A stretch of DNA of 64,000 nt from Octopus vulgaris (GCA_951406725.2 OX597831.1:41478001-41542000); one strand, 5' to 3'. Counted from the stretch's first letter, positions 42,345 to 55,719 are shown. Numbers and translations are program-made. The notes: a model not told the origin generated them from the sequence alone.

Positions 42345-42889
42345 CAATAATAATAATAATAATAATAATAATGATAATAATAATAATTATAATCATAATA
42401 ATGATAAAAATAATAATCCTTTCTACAATAGGCACAAAGCCTGAAATTTTTAGTGGGAGGGGTGGCCAGTCGGTAAAAGATTGACTCCAGTACACAACTG
42501 GTACTTAATTTATTGACCCCAGTGGAATTTGAACTCAGAACGGGGTGACAGGCAAAATATCGCTAAGCATATTGTCTGGAATGCTAGTGATTCTGCCAGC
42601 TCACTGCCTTAATAATGATAATAATAATAATAATAATAATGAGGAGGAGGAGAAGGAGAAGAAGGAGGAAGAAGAGGAGGAGGAAGAAGAAGAGTAGGAG
42701 GAGAAGCAACTACTATACTAAAATCAGAAACAATTCAAAAAGAAACAGTCTCTAAAAATACAGAAAATAAAATGCTGACATGCTGTAATTTCATTTCTCT
42801 TCCTTCCCATCTTGAAGTTTCATTGCATGTTCTAAAAAAAAGACAAAAAAACCGTTTTTTAAAATTCTGTTTTCTTAGTCCTCCACACC

Positions 42890-42953
<64 letters not shown>

Positions 42954-43303
42954 CAAACACACATGTGCATGTAGACGCTTCTTTTTCTTTAATCTTCCAT
43001 TAAATCTGTCTGACTCTTTTTTTTTTTTTAATGTCCTGATTTTTTCTTCTTGTCATTCCAGACCGTGAGAAATATCCCATACCTATATACATAGATATAA
43101 AAAGGAAGGGAATTTTCTGCCCTTTCCTATGGATTGTCTTCTTTGGATGTCTTACCCTGATTATTGTCCCTTCTATGGTACGTACTGTTATATTAATCAC
43201 TCCTCTTTTCCTCCTTTCTCTGTTTAGCTCTTTAGTCCACCCCATACTGTCCCACATTTGTTCTATCTGTCACGTACTTCTAGGCTGCAAAGGTTTCCTA
43301 TGA

Positions 43304-43334
<31 letters not shown>

Positions 43335-43760
43335 GAGTGAGAGAGCAGTTCATGCCATCAAAGTGACACTGGGGTAAAATATACGAAGCCCAATATACCC
43401 ATCATGACTACCCGTCTGATAAAGGTACACCAGGCACATGCATCACAACCATATGTGCGCGACATTGTGATCTCATATCAAGATAAACAGCACATGACCT
43501 TGCAGGTGGGGCCCAGTTAGAATTTTCTTCAGGTTGAGTAGCCCATCCCGCTCAAACGGTCCCTGAATAAGGGTTGTTTAAGGATGTTGAAAGAACCACC
43601 CATGTTTCCAGAGGTGAACTATTCAAACCCCAAAGAATCCCTCTCAACACATGGCTATGATGCTCCCCCACTACTTCTGCTCATGATCAGAGATGCACAT
43701 ATCATCAGCCACTAAGGGACATGCTCAACTGGTTAAGGTCAAACAACTGACAAGCAAATC

Positions 43761-43797
<37 letters not shown>

Positions 43798-43805
43798 TTA
43801 TTATT

Positions 43806-43845
<40 letters not shown>

Positions 43846-44030
43846 GAGGAGACAAACAAGTACAGACAAAGAGATTAAGTCGATTACAACGACCCCAGTG
43901 CATAAATGGTACTTATTTAATCGACCCCGAAAAGATGAAAGGCAAAGGCGACCTTGGTGGAATTTGAACTCAGAGCATAACGTACCGCTAAGCATGTGCT
44001 AACGATTCTGCCAGCTTGCCACCCTATTAC

Positions 44031-44074
<44 letters not shown>

Positions 44075-44285
44075 GGGTGCTGGCAGAATCGTTAGCATGC
44101 CGGGAGAAATGTTTAGCGGTATTTTGTCTGCCACTACGTTCTGAGTTCAAATTCCTCCATGGTCGACTTTGCCTCTCATCCTTTCAGAGTCGATAAATTA
44201 AGTACCAGTCAAGTACTGGGTTCGGTGTGATTGATTGTCCCCCTCCCCACAAAAATGCAAGCCTTGTGCATATAGTAGAATTGGG

Positions 44286-44332
<47 letters not shown>

Positions 44333-44580
44333 CATTATTATTATTATCATTATTATTATTACTATTATTATTTGGGAACTGGCAGAATCATTACCATGTC
44401 AGGTGAAATGTTTAGCAGTATTTCGTCTGCCACTACATTCTGAGTTCAAATTCTGCTGAGGTCGACTTTGCCTTTCATCATTTCAGGATCGATAAATTAA
44501 GTACCAGTTGCATACTGGGGTCAATGTAATTGACTAGTCCGCTCCCCCAAATTTCAGGCCTTGTGCCTATAGTAGAAAGG

Positions 44581-44615
<35 letters not shown>

Positions 44616-44842
44616 GGTGGCGAAGGCAGCGAGCTGGCAGAACTGTTAGCATGCTGGGCGAAATACTTTGCGGTATTTCGTCTGCTGCTACATTCTGAGT
44701 TCAAATTCAGCCGAGGTTGACTTTGCGTTTTATCCTTTCAGGGTCAATAAATTAAGTACCAGTTGAGCACTGGGGGAGGGGTGTCGATGTAATTGACTAG
44801 TCTCCTCCCCTCCAAATTTAGTAGAAAGCATCATCATCATCA

Positions 44843-44895
<53 letters not shown>

Positions 44896-45125
44896 GTTAT
44901 TGTTATTGTTATTGAGGCGGTGAGCTGGCAGAATTGTTAGCAACCTGGGCAAAATGCCTAGCAGTATTTTGTCTGTCTTTGGGTTCTGAGTTTGCCAGGG
45001 TCAGCTTTCTTTGTCATCCTTTCGAGCTTGATAAAGTAAGTACCAGTTGAATACTGGGGTTAATGTAATTGACTAGCACCCACCTCTGCAATTGCTGACG
45101 TTGTGCCAAAATTTGAAACCAACAA
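44075..45125 (+). mobile_element. Second head-to-tail array of SINE family B
   Basis: Four copies separated by (ATT)n; single copies also at ~4420-4635, 31410-31622, 41805-42040, 50380-50610, 56730-56942, 58466-58630. Confidence 0.8.
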
Positions 45126-45182
45126 TATTATTATTATTGTTGTTGTTTTTATTTGTTATTGTTATTGTTATTATTATCATCA

Positions 45183-45224
<42 letters not shown>

Positions 45225-47103
45225 TTTTGAGGATGTGTCATCATTATCATTGTTGTTGTCATTGTCATCAACAACCATCATAATCTCCATGATTACCACC
45301 ACCACCACCACCACCATCATCATCATCAACATCATCATCACCACCATCATCACCACCATCATCATTGTCATCATCATTGTCATCATCATCGTTAACATCT
45401 CTTTTTTCCATGCTGGCTTGGGTTGGATGGTTCAAAAGGAACCTATGACGATGATGCAGAGGGCTGCACCAAGCTCCAAGATGTACTTTGGCAGGGTATC
45501 TGCAGCTGGATCTCCTTCCTAATGCTGACCACTTTACAGAATGTACTTCATATGGTGCTTGTTGTTTTCATTATACAAGCCCCACTGAAGTCACTAAGTA
45601 CTTGCAAGACAGCCCCCCCCCACCGATTGAATTGGGGTACAGCACCGAAGGAGGGGAAAACTATGGTAGAATGGGGCAAAATATTGCTAACCCAAAACTC
45701 AAGCTTCCTTTTTTACCCAGGCATGGGATTGGCTGTGGTCCTCGCTGGATAGAGAGGAGGGAAAGAGGGAGTAAGAAGGGGAGAGTGAGAGTGATGCAGT
45801 GGGGGGTAAGTGGGAGATAGAGATAGAGAGAGAGAAGAACTGATTCCAGTACTAGAGTGGTAGTTCCTATTTCCACTGCTTTATCAATCTGATACCACCT
45901 TGGTTCAAGAGAAGCCTCTGCCTGGTCACTTGACATGCAAGAAATAGCAGTCGACTGGCTTTCCATCATATCACACAATCTGTTTGTTTTATGAAAATAA
46001 AATATTAAATGAATAAAAAGACTGGGTGCTCATAACAGGAAAGCTTTTGACTATACATCTGCCTAATCAGAGCTAGATTGGAGTTAAACAACAACGACGA
46101 CAACAACGACGACAGTTGTTGATGATGATGGGAAAATAATGGTTTCGGACCATTCCCTTACTCTTTTTCGAATTTGTTTTTTGTAAAAAAATAATTTTTG
46201 GGTTTTGAAATGCAGCCTTGTTAGATGGTAGTTAAATTCAATGTAATCTTCTAACATTAAAAAAGTTTTCCTCATTTTTGTATTAAAACCTCTGGGAATA
46301 ATCATAGAAGCAGGTGAGGCTATGTGGTAAGAAGTTTGCTTCCCAACAACATGGTTTTGGGTTCAATCCCACTGTGTGGCACCCCTGGCAATAGTAGAAG
46401 CCTTGTGAATAGATTTGGTTGACAGAAACTGAATGAAGCCTGTTGTATATATATATATATCTGCTTTCCATGCTAGCATGGGTTGGACGATTTGACTGAG
46501 GACTGGCGAACCAGATGGCTGCACCAGGCTCCAATCTGATCTGGCAGAGTGTCTACAGCTGGATGCCCTTTCTAACACCAACCACTCCTAGAGTGCAGTG
46601 GGTGCTTTTACGTGCCATGGGCACGAGGGCCAGTCAGGCGGTACTGGCATGCAACAAGAAGTAATTTTTGTCTCTTTTTAAGGAAACAAAAAGGTTTATA
46701 GGACTGTAAAAGAGAAGTGCTCAAATGTAATCGAGGCAGAGACAGAAAAACATTGATAATAGAACAAACATCAGATTTAAGTCAACGACTTTATTTATAA
46801 CACCACGCCTCCAAACATTTAATCATATGTTAATATTACCATGGCTCTTAAACATATAAAGTATACATATACAAAAAACACAGAAGGTAAAAATAAATAA
46901 GCGAATAAAAATGCAGATATATAGAACGGCCTATCAAGAAGGTATATACAATCAACTAAAAATTCTAAAGCGTGTCATGCTACTAAAAATCTAAATAAAA
47001 TATCAGTCAACTCCTTTCAAACAAAAGAGTATGTCAAAAAAGTTCATTTCATAAAAACCATGGTAGGTTGGAGTCCAGGAGCAAAAAGAGTTCAAGTCAA
47101 ACA

Positions 47104-47187
47104 CACCAATAGCCATTTCGGGAGTTCATTGCTGTGGTTCGATTATGAGTTAAAGTGCATCTCGGCAATGACCCCTTCATCAGGATG
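47104..47187 (-). ncRNA. CpG-decayed hammerhead motif with long stem II
   Basis: Minus strand CATC-CTGATGA-A-GGGGTCATTGC...GCAATGAACTCCC-GAAA-TGGCTA-TT-GGTG; TGGCTA-TT reads as deaminated CGGCCG-TC. Confidence 0.55.
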
Positions 47188-48119
47188 AACAGGAACATTT
47201 GATTTATTTTATTTTATTTAGATTTTTAGTAGCATTGTAAATACCTTCTTGATAGACCGTTCTATATATTTGTATTTTTATTCACATATATGATTTTTAC
47301 CTTCTGTGTTTTTTTATATATGTATACTTTATATGTTTTTTTTATATATGTATACTTTATATGTTTAAGAGCCATGGTAATATTTATATATGATCAAGTG
47401 TTTGGAGGCGTGGTGTTATATATAAAGTCGTTGACTCAAATATGATGTTTGTTCTATGATCAAATTTTTTTTATATGTGTGTGTATCCGTATCCATATAT
47501 GGTGTGTATGTATCTTTCTGTATGTGTTTGTCCTCCATCGCTACTTGACAACTGGTGTTTGTTTGTTTACATCCCTGTAACTTAGCAGTTTGACAAACAA
47601 GTCTGACAGAATAAGTACCCGGCTTAAGAAAATAAGTCCTCTGACTTGATGGATTTAGTCAAACAAATTGCCCCCATTGTTTCTTTGTTCTGAAGTCTGG
47701 TACTTACTCTATCACTCTCTTTTTGCTGGACTGCTAAGTCACCGAGATTTATATAAACCAACATCAGTTTTCAAGTGGTGGTGGGGGACAATACAAAAAC
47801 GTACACACACACACCACAGGCCTCTTTCAGTTTCCACCTACCAAATGTGCTCAGAAGGCTTTGGTCAGTTCGGGGCTATCGTTTAAGACAGTTGCCCAAC
47901 ATGCCATGCAGTGGGACTGAAACCCAGAACCATGTGGTTGGGAAGCAAACTTACCACATGGCCACACCTGTGCCCATATAGTCATGCTTTTAACAGTTTT
48001 TTGTTTAAAAATTTTTTTATATGAAAGACATGAGCATTTTTTTTATTTGATCTTCAGTATGGGTTTTCTATTACAACTATAATGGACTTTGTTCCTCAGA
48101 GCTAGCTGGACTTAAATCA

Positions 48120-48275
48120 CCACCACTCTGTCCCTCAATCCTGCGATACCCTTTATACCCAAACCTTTCCTTCCAAGAGTTCCATCCCTCTGGAATCTTC
48201 TCTCTGCTTTCAGGTCTTTCCAGCAAATTTTGACCCACAACAAGTTGGATGGGACATTAATAGTATCAAACTCAC
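48120..48275 (+). mobile_element. LINE C-terminal relic
   Basis: TFLPRVPSLWNLLS resembles the SFFPRT..LWN.LP terminus of CR1/L2-group LINEs. Confidence 0.4.
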
Positions 48276-48333
48276 AAGTCTTGGCTGGTCTGCTCTTTGC
48301 GCTAAACTTTATGAGTAAAAAAAACTTTTTTTT

Positions 48334-48515
48334 AGGCACAGGAGTGACTGTGTGGTAAGTAGCTTGCTTGCCAACTACATGGTTCTGGGTTCAGTCCCAC
48401 TACGTGGCATTTTGGGCAAGTGTCTTCTACTATAGCCTCGGGCCAACCAAAACCTTGTGAGTGGATTTGGTAGACGGAAACTGAAAGAAGCCCGTCGTAT
48501 ATATGTATATCTATG

Positions 48516-48583
<68 letters not shown>

Positions 48584-48800
48584 TGTGTGTGTTTGTCCGC
48601 CCCACCCCCCAACATCGCTTGACAACCGATGCTGGTGTGTTTACGTCCCCGTAACCTAGCGGTTCGGCAAAAGAGACCGATAGAATAAGTACTAGTCTTG
48701 CAAAGAATAAGTCCTGGGGTCGATTTGCTCGACTAGAGGCGGTGCTCCAGCATGGCCGCAGTCAAATGACTGAAACAAGTAAAAGAGTAAAGAATAAGAA
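48334..48800 (+). mobile_element. SINE family A, full length, CpG-rich copy
   Basis: Colinear with 3999-4410. Confidence 0.8.
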
Positions 48801-48960
48801 ATTCAATTTTCCTTCACCAGAGTCATCTAGAGTTGCCTCCCATTAATCAAATCCCCACTTCTCTCTCTCAAAAATATCATAACCATCATCATCACCATCG
48901 TTTAATGTCCATTTTCCATGCTGGCATGGGTTTGACAGTTTATATATATATATATATATA

Positions 48961-49231
48961 TACGAGGGGTGCTGAAAAGTTCCTGGCTCTAAGGGTGTCA
49001 TGAAAGACTTGGCTTTAAGGGTGTCATGAAAGGCCTGGCTTTAAGAGTATCACGAAAGACCTGGCTGGTGGCCCAACCAACCGAGTTCTTTTACAAAGCT
49101 TAGAAAAACTGAAGGACTGCTGCAATAAGTGTGTGAATCTGAGAGGGGAATATGTTAAATAAGATCATAATTAACTGATCTTCCTGTATTTTCTTTCACC
49201 AAAAGCCAGGAATTTTTTAGCATCCCCTTGT
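48961..49231 (+). mobile_element. mariner-derived MITE (second copy ~50160-50378)
   Basis: TACGAGGGGTGCTGAAAAGTTCCTGGCT ... AGCCAGGAATTTTTTAGCATCCCCTTGTA termini; internal LEKLKDCCNKCVNLRGEYVK* resembles a mariner transposase C-terminus. Confidence 0.75.
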
Positions 49232-49302
49232 ACATACATATACGTGTGTGTGTGTGTTTGTGTATAGGTATGTTTGTTGGTGTGTGTGTGTCTGTGTGTA
49301 TG

Positions 49303-49356
<54 letters not shown>

Positions 49357-49555
49357 CACACATCTATGTATGTGTATATATATGCATATACATGTGCACA
49401 TGCACACTCGCATACAGGGCAGTAATGCTAATGCTTAACAAGAGAGTAAATTATTGAAAACTGTAATAATGATACTGTTCAATATTTTAGAGATGAGGAA
49501 TTCTGTACATTATTTACATTAGACGGATATGTGTCCTCATCTTGTTTGTTGTTAC

Positions 49556-49598
49556 CGTAACCTTTCGGCTGATATACTCTCCAGCCTTCATCAGGTGT
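49556..49598 (-). ncRNA. Hammerhead motif with degenerate 3' part
   Basis: Minus strand ACAC-CTGATGA-A-GGCTG(GAGAGTATAT)CAGCC-GAAA-GG-TT-ACG; perfect core and 5-bp stem II, stems I and III eroded. Confidence 0.5.
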
Positions 49599-51642
49599 CC
49601 TGGTAGAATTTTGAACCCAACCCTGGTTCATTATGCTATATGCTCATGCATTACGTTATATTCCCACGGGGATATAGCATAATGGTTAAGACTGCAGGCT
49701 ACTAACCCCAAGATTCCGAGTTCAATTTTATTGACCCCAGTACTTAGCTGGTACTTTATTTCATCAACCTTCCTAAGTATTTGACTGGTACTTTATTTTA
49801 TCAACACCCAGTACTTTACGGATTCCCCTCATCTTCACATTAAAAGAATAGGGATCATTTTGGTTTGGGGAGACTTGGTTTTTTTGATGTCCATGTGATG
49901 TCTTACTGCCTTTACGGTGTTCACAGAGCATTGAGCAGTAGTCATGACATTGGCATTTTGATGTCTGGCATGAATCATCATGATGCAAGTAACTTTTTTT
50001 CAAATATTCAGATGGCTTCCAGTCCTCCACGTCAGCTAACATTTTGTCAACTACAACTTTAATTTTTATGCTCTCCGACACTGTCGACTGTTATTACGTG
50101 AAGCTGTTCGTGTAAAAGGAAGATCTAAAATGTAGCCAAATTTAGCCCAAACTCCGTAATGATGGGGTGCTAAAAAGTTTTTGGTTTTAAGGGTATCGCA
50201 AAAGGCCTGGCTGGAGGCTCAACCTTCCGAGTTCTTTTACAGGGATTAGAAAAACTGAAGGACTACTGTAGTAAGTGTGTGAATCCGAGAGGGGAATATG
50301 TTGATTAAAATCATAATTAACTGATCCTCCTGTATTTTCTTTTACCCAAAGTTGATAACTTTTCAGTGCCCACTCATACCTATTTCTTTATTACCCACAA
50401 GGGCTAAACACAGAGGGGACAAACAAGGACATACATAGGTATTAAGTCGATTACATCGACCCCAGTGCGTAACTGGTACTTAATTTATCGACCCAGAAAG
50501 GATGAAAGGCAAAGTCGACCTCGGCGGAATTTGAACTCACAACGTAACGCAGATGAAATACCGCTAAGCATTTCGCCCGGCGTGCTAACGTTTCTGCCAG
50601 CTCGCCGCCTCATACCTGCTAAGACTACATTATCCAGTGTGTCCTTTCTTTAAGACATGATTAGGGTGCCTGCATGCACGTAATGATATCTATTTCACAT
50701 CTAGGTTGCAGGTTTAGATTTTTCCGAAGTGGTGTTTGTAGGGTCACAGCAAACTCGGTGGCTGTTCAGATGTTTATGTCTTTTTTAAAAAAAAAAGAGT
50801 ATTGATTTTTTTTCTTTTTCTTTTTTTTTGTGGTTTGCAGTATAGATATGTATGAGATGACACTGTTGTTGTTGTAGTTGTATTTTGTTTTATTACGATG
50901 ACAATATTATGGTACTGCCTTTTTAGGGTGTAGAGCTGGCAGAATCAGTAAGTGTATCGGGGTGGGGTGGGGGAGGAAAAATAATTTGCTCAGACATTAT
51001 TCCCCACTCAACGTTCTGAGTTCATTTCCCCTCGAAGGTCATCTTTGCCTTTCATCCTTTCAGGGGCTGATAAAATAAGTACCAGTTGAACACTTGGGGA
51101 AGGAAGGGTGTCCGCATAGCTGACTTCCCCGCTCCCCCCCGAAATTGCTGACCTTGTGCCAAAATTTGAAACCATTATTATGTGTGCCGGTGGTGGTAGT
51201 GGTAGTGGTGGTGGTGGTGGTGATGTTATAGTTATTTATGTTGTAGGCCTTGAGAGTGATATAGTTGTTTTGTTTACTTAGGATAGCATGATTTTGTAGT
51301 TGCAATGGTGGTGACAGTGGCGCCACAGATAATGGTGGTGGTGGTGTTGGGGACGGAGGGAAGGGTGATTGACATTTTTTTTTTTTAGTGATGTAAAGAA
51401 AAAAGTAGTGGTGTTGCATGTGGTGGTGGCGAGGATAGTGAAGTGATCAGATCATGGTGATGTTAATGTTGTGTTTATATTTCTGCCATGATGGCATGAT
51501 TTTATTGGCTGTTGCTGTTGTTGTTATGGTGGTGATAGTGGTGGTGGTAGTAGTAGTAGTAATGGTAGTAGTAGTGGTAGTAGTAGTAGTAGTAGTAGTA
51601 GTTATAGTAATGGTAGTAGTAGTAGTGGTGGTGGTAGTAGTT

Positions 51643-51688
<46 letters not shown>

Positions 51689-52860
51689 CGATGGTGGTGG
51701 CGGGGGGGTGGCATGTTATTGTTATGATAGGGATAATTATCTTTGTTATCATGTCATCATTTTGTTGTTGGTTTGTGATGGTGGTGGGTGGTGGTGATGG
51801 CGGGGGGGGTAGCGGGGTGAGGGTGGGGTTGGAAATAGTTACTATGGAAATGGTTAGTTGTGGTGGTGGTGCAGGGTGGGGGTGGGGGCAATGGAAGTCC
51901 CAGGTGATAGGAGACATGTTTTTGTTAAAATGGTGATGGGTGGTGGTGGTCGTAGTCTGACTGCTGTTGTTCTTGTTGCTGGGTGGTGGTTGTGATGATG
52001 GTAGTGGTAGTCGTGGTGGTGGTGGTGGTGGTGGTGTTGTTGGTGATGGTGGTGGTGATCATGACAACAAGACCAGTGGTGGCAGTGGTGATGAAGATGA
52101 TGATGATGATGATGGTTTAGGGACATAATTTAGGAATCATTATCTTAAAACTGTCATTGTTGTTTATTATCATCAGCAGAGAATTGAGAGAATATATTGT
52201 TGTTGCTGTTGTTGTTGGATATTCCAAACTCTGGTTAAAAGTTCATTTATTTATCATATTTATATTTAGTTCATGCCTTTTTAAAATCTTTCCTCTGTTG
52301 GCGGCAGAGGAGGAGGAGGAGTGAGAGGTGATCAACAAGCTGATGATGACAATGTTGATGATGATGATGGTGGTGGCAGTGGTGGTGAGGAGTAGAAACT
52401 AAAGTTGATGATGATGATGATGATGGTGGTAGTGGTGGTAGTGATTGTAATGGTGATATATATGGTGGTGAAGAGTAAGTAAACCCCCCCCTACCAAGGT
52501 GGTCAACAAGAGGATGGTGATGGTGGTGGTGAGGAGTAAAAGTGAGAGGTGAGCAACAAAATAATGACAGTGATGGTGTGGTTGTGCTGTTATTGTTGTT
52601 GTGGTTGTTGTCGTTGGTATGGAGGCGGGGTGGTGGTGGCAGTGGTGGTGGTGATTTATTTGGTTGGGGGGGGCTACCTATCAACACTGCTGCTCCTGCT
52701 GTTGTAGCATCAACAGCAACAACAACAACAGCTACTACTGCTGCCATCACTACCACCACCACCACCACCACCGCCATCACCATCACAATGATGCCCTATG
52801 AGGATGACAAGAACAAGGACAACCAACCAAAAGTGCTGAGAATTCAGCTAATTTGTACCC

Positions 52861-53462
52861 AGGCACATGAGTGGCTGTGTGGTAAGTAGCTTGCTTACCA
52901 ACCACATGGTTCCAGGTTCAGTCCCATTGCGTGGCACCTTGGGTAAGTGTCTTCTACTATAGCCTTCTACTACAGCTTCCAGCCGACCAAAGCCTTGTGA
53001 GTGGATTTGGTAGACGGAAAATGAAAGAAGCCTGTCGTATGTATGTAAAGTTAATCCTAACATGAAAACACAAAGAGAAAACACAACAACGCAAGGACGT
53101 GGAACAAATATAGCATTATTGGATGCTTAGGAAGGAAGGGAAGAAGGAGGGTTTTACGTTTCGAGCGGAGCTCTTCGTCAGAAACATAGGAAAAGGAAAG
53201 ATCCAGAGAAGGGGAGACGGAGGAAAAAAATCGCCAACGGTACACACGCGGTCTGTATATGTATATGTGTGTGTGTCTGTGTTTGTTCCCCCAACATCGC
53301 TTGACAACTGATGCTGGTGTGTTTACGTCCCTCTGTAACTTAGCAGTTCAGCAAAAGAGACCGATATAATAAGTACTAGGCCTACAAAGAATAAGTCCTG
53401 GGGTCGATTTGTTCGACTGAAGGCGGTGCTCCAGCATGGCCGCAGTCAAGTGACTGAAAGTA
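52861..53462 (+). mobile_element. SINE family A with a hammerhead-bearing insert (~53048-53255) in its central microsatellite
   Basis: Head and tail halves match 48334-48800; the insert matches 8450-8635 in reverse orientation. Confidence 0.75.
53151..53185 (-). ncRNA. Minimal type I hammerhead ribozyme, intact core
   Basis: Minus strand GTTT-CTGACGA-A-GAGC(TCC)GCTC-GAAA-CG-TA-AAAC: stem I GTTT/AAAC, stem II GAGC/GCTC, palindromic ACGT in place of stem III, GUA cleavage triplet. Confidence 0.8.
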
Positions 53463-54436
53463 AAACCCAAGATTATAATCTATATGACTGTAACCAAACT
53501 CTCTCTCTCTCTCCCCTCCCACTAGCACAATATAAAAACAGATAAAACAAAGCCCTTATAATTTATCACTACAAACGGTGGTGGTAGTATGGGGTGGGGA
53601 ACTAACTGATCATTTGTTATTTGTTACTTTTTGCCATTTACTTGTTCCAGTCTGAGTCTTTAGTTGTTAGAAATTGTGAGTGCAGTAAACAAACCAACAC
53701 TCGGTTGTCAAGTTTTGGTGGTGATGGTGGTGGTAGTGATAGAAGTAGACTATGACCACCACCACCACCCACCAAAAACAGGGCTCCTATCACCTGGAAC
53801 TTCTATTGCCCCCCACCCAGCCTGCACCACCACCACCACCACCACCACAACTAACTATTTCCATAGTAACCATTTCCAACCTCCACCCCGCCATCACCAC
53901 CACCCACCAAGGAACCAACAACAAAATGATAGTGGTAATGGGACAAACACTAACAGAGACGCACATGCGCATGCATGCACACATGTGAAGTGGTGATGGG
54001 ACAAACACAAACACAAAACACATGCGTGCACACATGTGCACATACACTTACACACACATACAGATATACATAATACACACGTGCACATGCTTCTTTCAGT
54101 TTCTGTCTACCACATCCACTCACAAAGCTTTGGTTAGCCTAAGGCTTATAGTAGAAGACACTTTCCCAAGGTGCCATGCAGTGGGACTGAACTTAAAACC
54201 ATTCAGTTGGGAAGTACACTTACCACACAGCTACATGATAGCAGTACTGTTTTCAATTTCTCCCACGGAGAGAGTTACATTTGTAGACTAACTAACATAC
54301 TTCCCTGGGGAATTTGCATTTCATTTGCTTTTAAACCACAGAAATGTGTTTAGCACTATATATGTTTATAAACCTTGTAATGTCTCTTTGTCTGTTGTCC
54401 TTCTGGCAAATAAATCCTCACTAGTGTTGTCATTCT

Positions 54437-55060
54437 CATCACCATTCTACCAACCAATCACACTTCCAATCAGTTAAGATCAGAAGCCACGAGAGCCACT
54501 GCCTGGTAATTCCTAACCGGGAGGGCAAGGCAGTTTTCCTTTGCCTAGTGGCTGTAGCGAAAGAGGTGGTATGGTGGACTCGTTTGAAAGGGCTAAGGTC
54601 AGACACTTTCCTCTTTGGCCAAGGCCTCATCAACTTTTTCAAGTTTCACTTGAAAAGGAAGGTGAGAGTAGAGAGGGGAGTGCTGTCTCATAGCAAGTTT
54701 ACTGAAAGGTGGATAAATGTCGCAAGAATGGCCAGTATGAAAGGACCAATTCTGAGGATACACCTGTAAGAAAAAGGTATTACAAAAGGAGAAAAGGGCT
54801 CTCTACCCCCCCCCCCCCTTTGACCAGGCTCCTGTGGGTTTTATGGCTTTTTCCACCAGGAACCTTTCGAAGCGCCTCCCCCTTTTGGGAGTTTTTTATT
54901 GTTAAATATTTTCGTTGTTACAGTTTTTACATGATTTTTCAAATGGACAAAACCCTTTGTAACTTTCGTCCTGTGTTTTGTCCCTAAATGTTATAATTGA
55001 TTTTTGTCAGCCCTTTGTGGCCAATAAAACGAATGAATTATTATTATTATTATTATTATT
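54437..55060 (+). mobile_element. Tx1/L1-like non-LTR retrotransposon 3' end with AATAAA and (ATT)n tail
   Basis: AVAKEVVWWTRLKG...FFKFHLKRKVRVER...FTERW resembles Tx1/L1 ORF2 C-termini; followed by a T-rich UTR, AATAAA (55023) and (ATT)n. Confidence 0.6.
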
Positions 55061-55127
55061 TATCCTTTGCAGATATGCAACTGAAGTCAATGATGTGGTC
55101 AGCCAACTCCAGTGAAAAAATGCTAAA

Positions 55128-55719
55128 ATGCTGAGGTTATCTTTACGGAAATGTGTCACCGGGGGCATATTGATATGCTTCCTGGCCGGCATACTTTTGG
55201 GGTTCCGTTTCATCACCCGGAACCCCGAGGAGGCATACAGACTGGCTGCTGGTATTGGTGACAAAAGCAAGAGGGGTGGCAATGACGACTGGAAGTTTCA
55301 GGATGAGAACTCTTTTGGTAACCAGTCTGCGACTCAGTCGAAAAATCTCATGCTGAAGAAGATGCTTGACTTCCGAGCCAAAATGCAACAAGAGAGGGTT
55401 CTGAAAGCAAAGATGCGGGCCAATCTAACAGCACATAATCACTTCACGCCGGTGCCATTCGATGAAAACGGTATGAACTACAATGTCCACATTTTCTACT
55501 ACATGTGGTATGGAAACCCTAGCTATGATGGCAAGTACTTTCACTGGAACCACCGTTTACTGCAGAATTGGAGAGAAAAGATCAGACGTAAGACCACGAG
55601 GCGCCATTTCCCACCTTTAGATATTGCCTCTAATTATTACCCCGAGTTGGGACCTTACAGCTCTTCAGACTCTGAGGTATTGTCCATTCACATGCAGGAA
55701 ATAAGAGATGCTAAAATAG
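55128..55719 (+). CDS. MANEA: Golgi glycoprotein endo-alpha-1,2-mannosidase (GH99; MANEA/MANEAL family), first coding exon
   Basis: N-terminal type II TM anchor (GGILICFLAGILLGFRF), then NYNVHIFYYMWYGNPSYDGKYFHWNH and PPLDIASNYYPELGPYSSSD...HMQEIRDAKIG, typical of MANEA. Acceptor tcctttgcAG at 55071-72; in-frame TGA upstream at 55113-15; phase-1 donor ATAG|GTGAGT at 55719/55720. The ORF-track extension past 55719 is intron. Confidence 0.93.

Noticed and set aside
49773-50081. 102-aa minus-strand ORF
   Set aside because: No splice or domain support; a frameshifted reading resembles a Tc1/mariner-type N-terminal HTH relic and its end runs into SINE sequence.
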